Below are positions 62,518 to 64,000 of a stretch of DNA of 64,000 nt, in pieces. The notes under the pieces are model-generated. The model was not told the origin of the DNA. It saw only the letters and a program-made list of their open reading frames with translations, and ran no database searches. The translations under genes were made by a program, and so were the position numbers. The first letter of the stretch is position 1, and every line of letters begins with the position of its first letter. The DNA comes from an uncultured Acidobacteriota bacterium (GTDB lineage: Bacteria; Acidobacteriota; Thermoanaerobaculia; Gp7-AA8), in NCBI GenBank assembly GCA_963741955.1, contig CAVUKB010000005.1:1056001-1120000 (forward strand). Direction: 5' to 3'.

Positions 62518-63314
62518 GCAGCGCCTCCCAGTAGCTTCGTCACTTCGTCGCGAACGTTGGGGAGCTTCCCCTCACGTGAACCATCGCGCCATCGCAGGTG
62601 CGCCTTCGTGACAATGGCGACTCCCCAGCCCGAGGTGCGCTTGGCCGAGAATCCATACTCGGTGATGAGAGCCTCGACGGCATCGAGCAAGAGCAGCACG
62701 GCCTTCTGTCGGTTCACGTTCGCCGTCGTCGCGCCGGGAGCCGGTGCATAGAGAACGCGCAGCGTGCCGGTCGCACCCGGCGGTACGACCTCGTAGAGGA
62801 TCGGCTTGGTGCCCGACTTCTTTGTGCGGTCGTGCGGGTTGATGACCTCGAAGCCGATCTGTTCGAACCACGTGGGGCGAAACCCGAGCGCGCCGCGTTG
62901 AAAGTGCTTGTCCTCATCGCGCTCGTTGCCGAAGAGGTGGACGACCTCGGGCGAGTCCTCCCACTTGCTCAGCGCGTTGTTGCTCCCTTCGAGGTGCGCG
63001 AGCAGCCCGGTCCGCATCCGTGCGGCCCAGCGCAGGAGCCCCTTCCAACTCGAAGCGGGCATGAACGGCGCGCCAAAGACGTGGTCGCGGTGAACGGGGT
63101 TGTCGAGGACGTGGAACGGCAGATCATCCTTCGAGAACCACGGAGCTTGGAACTGGAAGGTGACGGCGAGCGCGAACCACTCGCGCAGCAGCGTCGGCGA
63201 AGACGGCTCGTAGGCGGCGTGCCCCTTCGGAGGGTTCGACTGGTAGTCGCGACGCGCGGCGTCCTTGTCGTCCTTCAGCTTCGCGAGAAGTGGATCGATG
63301 TGCTCGAAAATCAT
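62514..63314 (-). CDS. cmr6: Cmr6-like RAMP
   Basis: DNPVHRD, ASSWKGLLR, LFG, EVINPHDR, PILYEVVP, YGFSAKRTSGWG. Confidence 0.8.
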   Translation of the reverse strand: MIFEHIDPLLAKLKDDKDAARRDYQSNPPKGHAAYEPSSPTLLREWFALAVTFQFQAPWFSKDDLPFHVLDNPVHRDHVFGAPFMPASSWKGLLRWAARMRTGLLAHLEGSNNALSKWEDSPEVVHLFGNERDEDKHFQRGALGFRPTWFEQIGFEVINPHDRTKKSGTKPILYEVVPPGATGTLRVLYAPAPGATTANVNRQKAVLLLLDAVEALITEYGFSAKRTSGWGVAIVTKAHLRWRDGSREGKLPNVRDEVTKLLGGAA

Positions 63315-64000
63315 CGCACGCTCTCCGTCGGCGGGCAGAGCCGGGCGAGCAGGGCGTCGCCCGAGACGAACCAGTCGTTGGACGCTGCGGGTTCGCTCCA
63401 GATGGGCCGCAACGCGTCGCGCACGGCATCAAGCTCGTTGGTCTTCTCCACGAACCCGAAGGTGCGCTCGGGCGACTTGAAGCTGAAGACCTTCTTGCTG
63501 ACTCCTCGGCTGCCTGCACGCCAGGAGTCGCCTTGGGCCGATGAGGACTTCGCCTCGGGGCGCCCGAGGACCTTATTGAAAGAGGACGCTACATCGCCGG
63601 TGCGCCTCAGGTGCTTCCCCTCGACGAACCACATGTGGCTGCACGACGCCCAGGCCGCGCCGTTGACGGTGGGCTTCTTCGTCGACGCGTTCACGTAGCT
63701 CGCGAGTTGCTCGCGTGGATGCGTCGCCGACGCCGTGCCGACCCACCCCACGAGCCCGAAGTCGGCGTGCTGCACCTTGTTGTTCTGCTCCGACGGCTTG
63801 AGCACCGTTTTGCCGCCGAGCGCGCCGAACTCGCAGATGAGCCGCAGTGTCAGCTCGAGGAGGGCCCACTCCTCGGCCTTCACCGCGCGAAGTGGCGTGA
63901 AGCGCAGATGGAACGTCGTGCCCTTCGTCAGCTTCGACGCAATGACGGCGCCCTGCGCGTTGCGCACGTCGAAGCGCACCTTACGCGCCCAGCCCGTGCA
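63311..64000 (-). CDS. cmr1: Cmr1-like RAMP, 3' part (5' end outside the window)
   Basis: Frame is open to the window edge (CTGWARKVRF); FGALGGKT, DFG. Confidence 0.75.
   Translation of the reverse strand, partial: CTGWARKVRFDVRNAQGAVIASKLTKGTTFHLRFTPLRAVKAEEWALLELTLRLICEFGALGGKTVLKPSEQNNKVQHADFGLVGWVGTASATHPREQLASYVNASTKKPTVNGAAWASCSHMWFVEGKHLRRTGDVASSFNKVLGRPEAKSSSAQGDSWRAGSRGVSKKVFSFKSPERTFGFVEKTNELDAVRDALRPIWSEPAASNDWFVSGDALLARLCPPTESVR

Overview
High-GC bacterial window; gene content suggests an Acidobacteriota-like host, which is inference only. 1-37.6 kb is mostly housekeeping or metabolic: parC (partial), parE, acpH, peptidases, diheme cytochrome c, a PIG-L/SSS pair, an HD-GYP protein, a B12 radical SAM enzyme, a BNR-repeat hydrolase and iorAB-like genes. 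Its intergenic gaps are filled with 7- and 9-mer tandem tracts and REP/MITE-like palindromes. 37.8-42.2 kb is a repeat patchwork around a VapBC-like toxin-antitoxin pair and a disrupted LytTR gene. 42.7-64 kb is a CRISPR-Cas locus: an ~82-repeat I-G-type array, cas2, cas4-cas1, a four-helix-bundle gene between inverted 9-mer tracts, a NucS-like pseudogene and one translationally coupled operon. In that operon a type III-C-like module (cmr1, cmr6, cas10/csx11, cmr4, cmr5, RAMP) runs directly into type I-G csx17-csb1-csb2. No cas3 or stand-alone cas6 is present in the window, and the Cas10 appears to lack its HD, GGDD and part of its Zn-finger motifs. This hybrid operon is the best candidate for an undescribed system, but it continues past 64000, so cas3 may lie outside the window.
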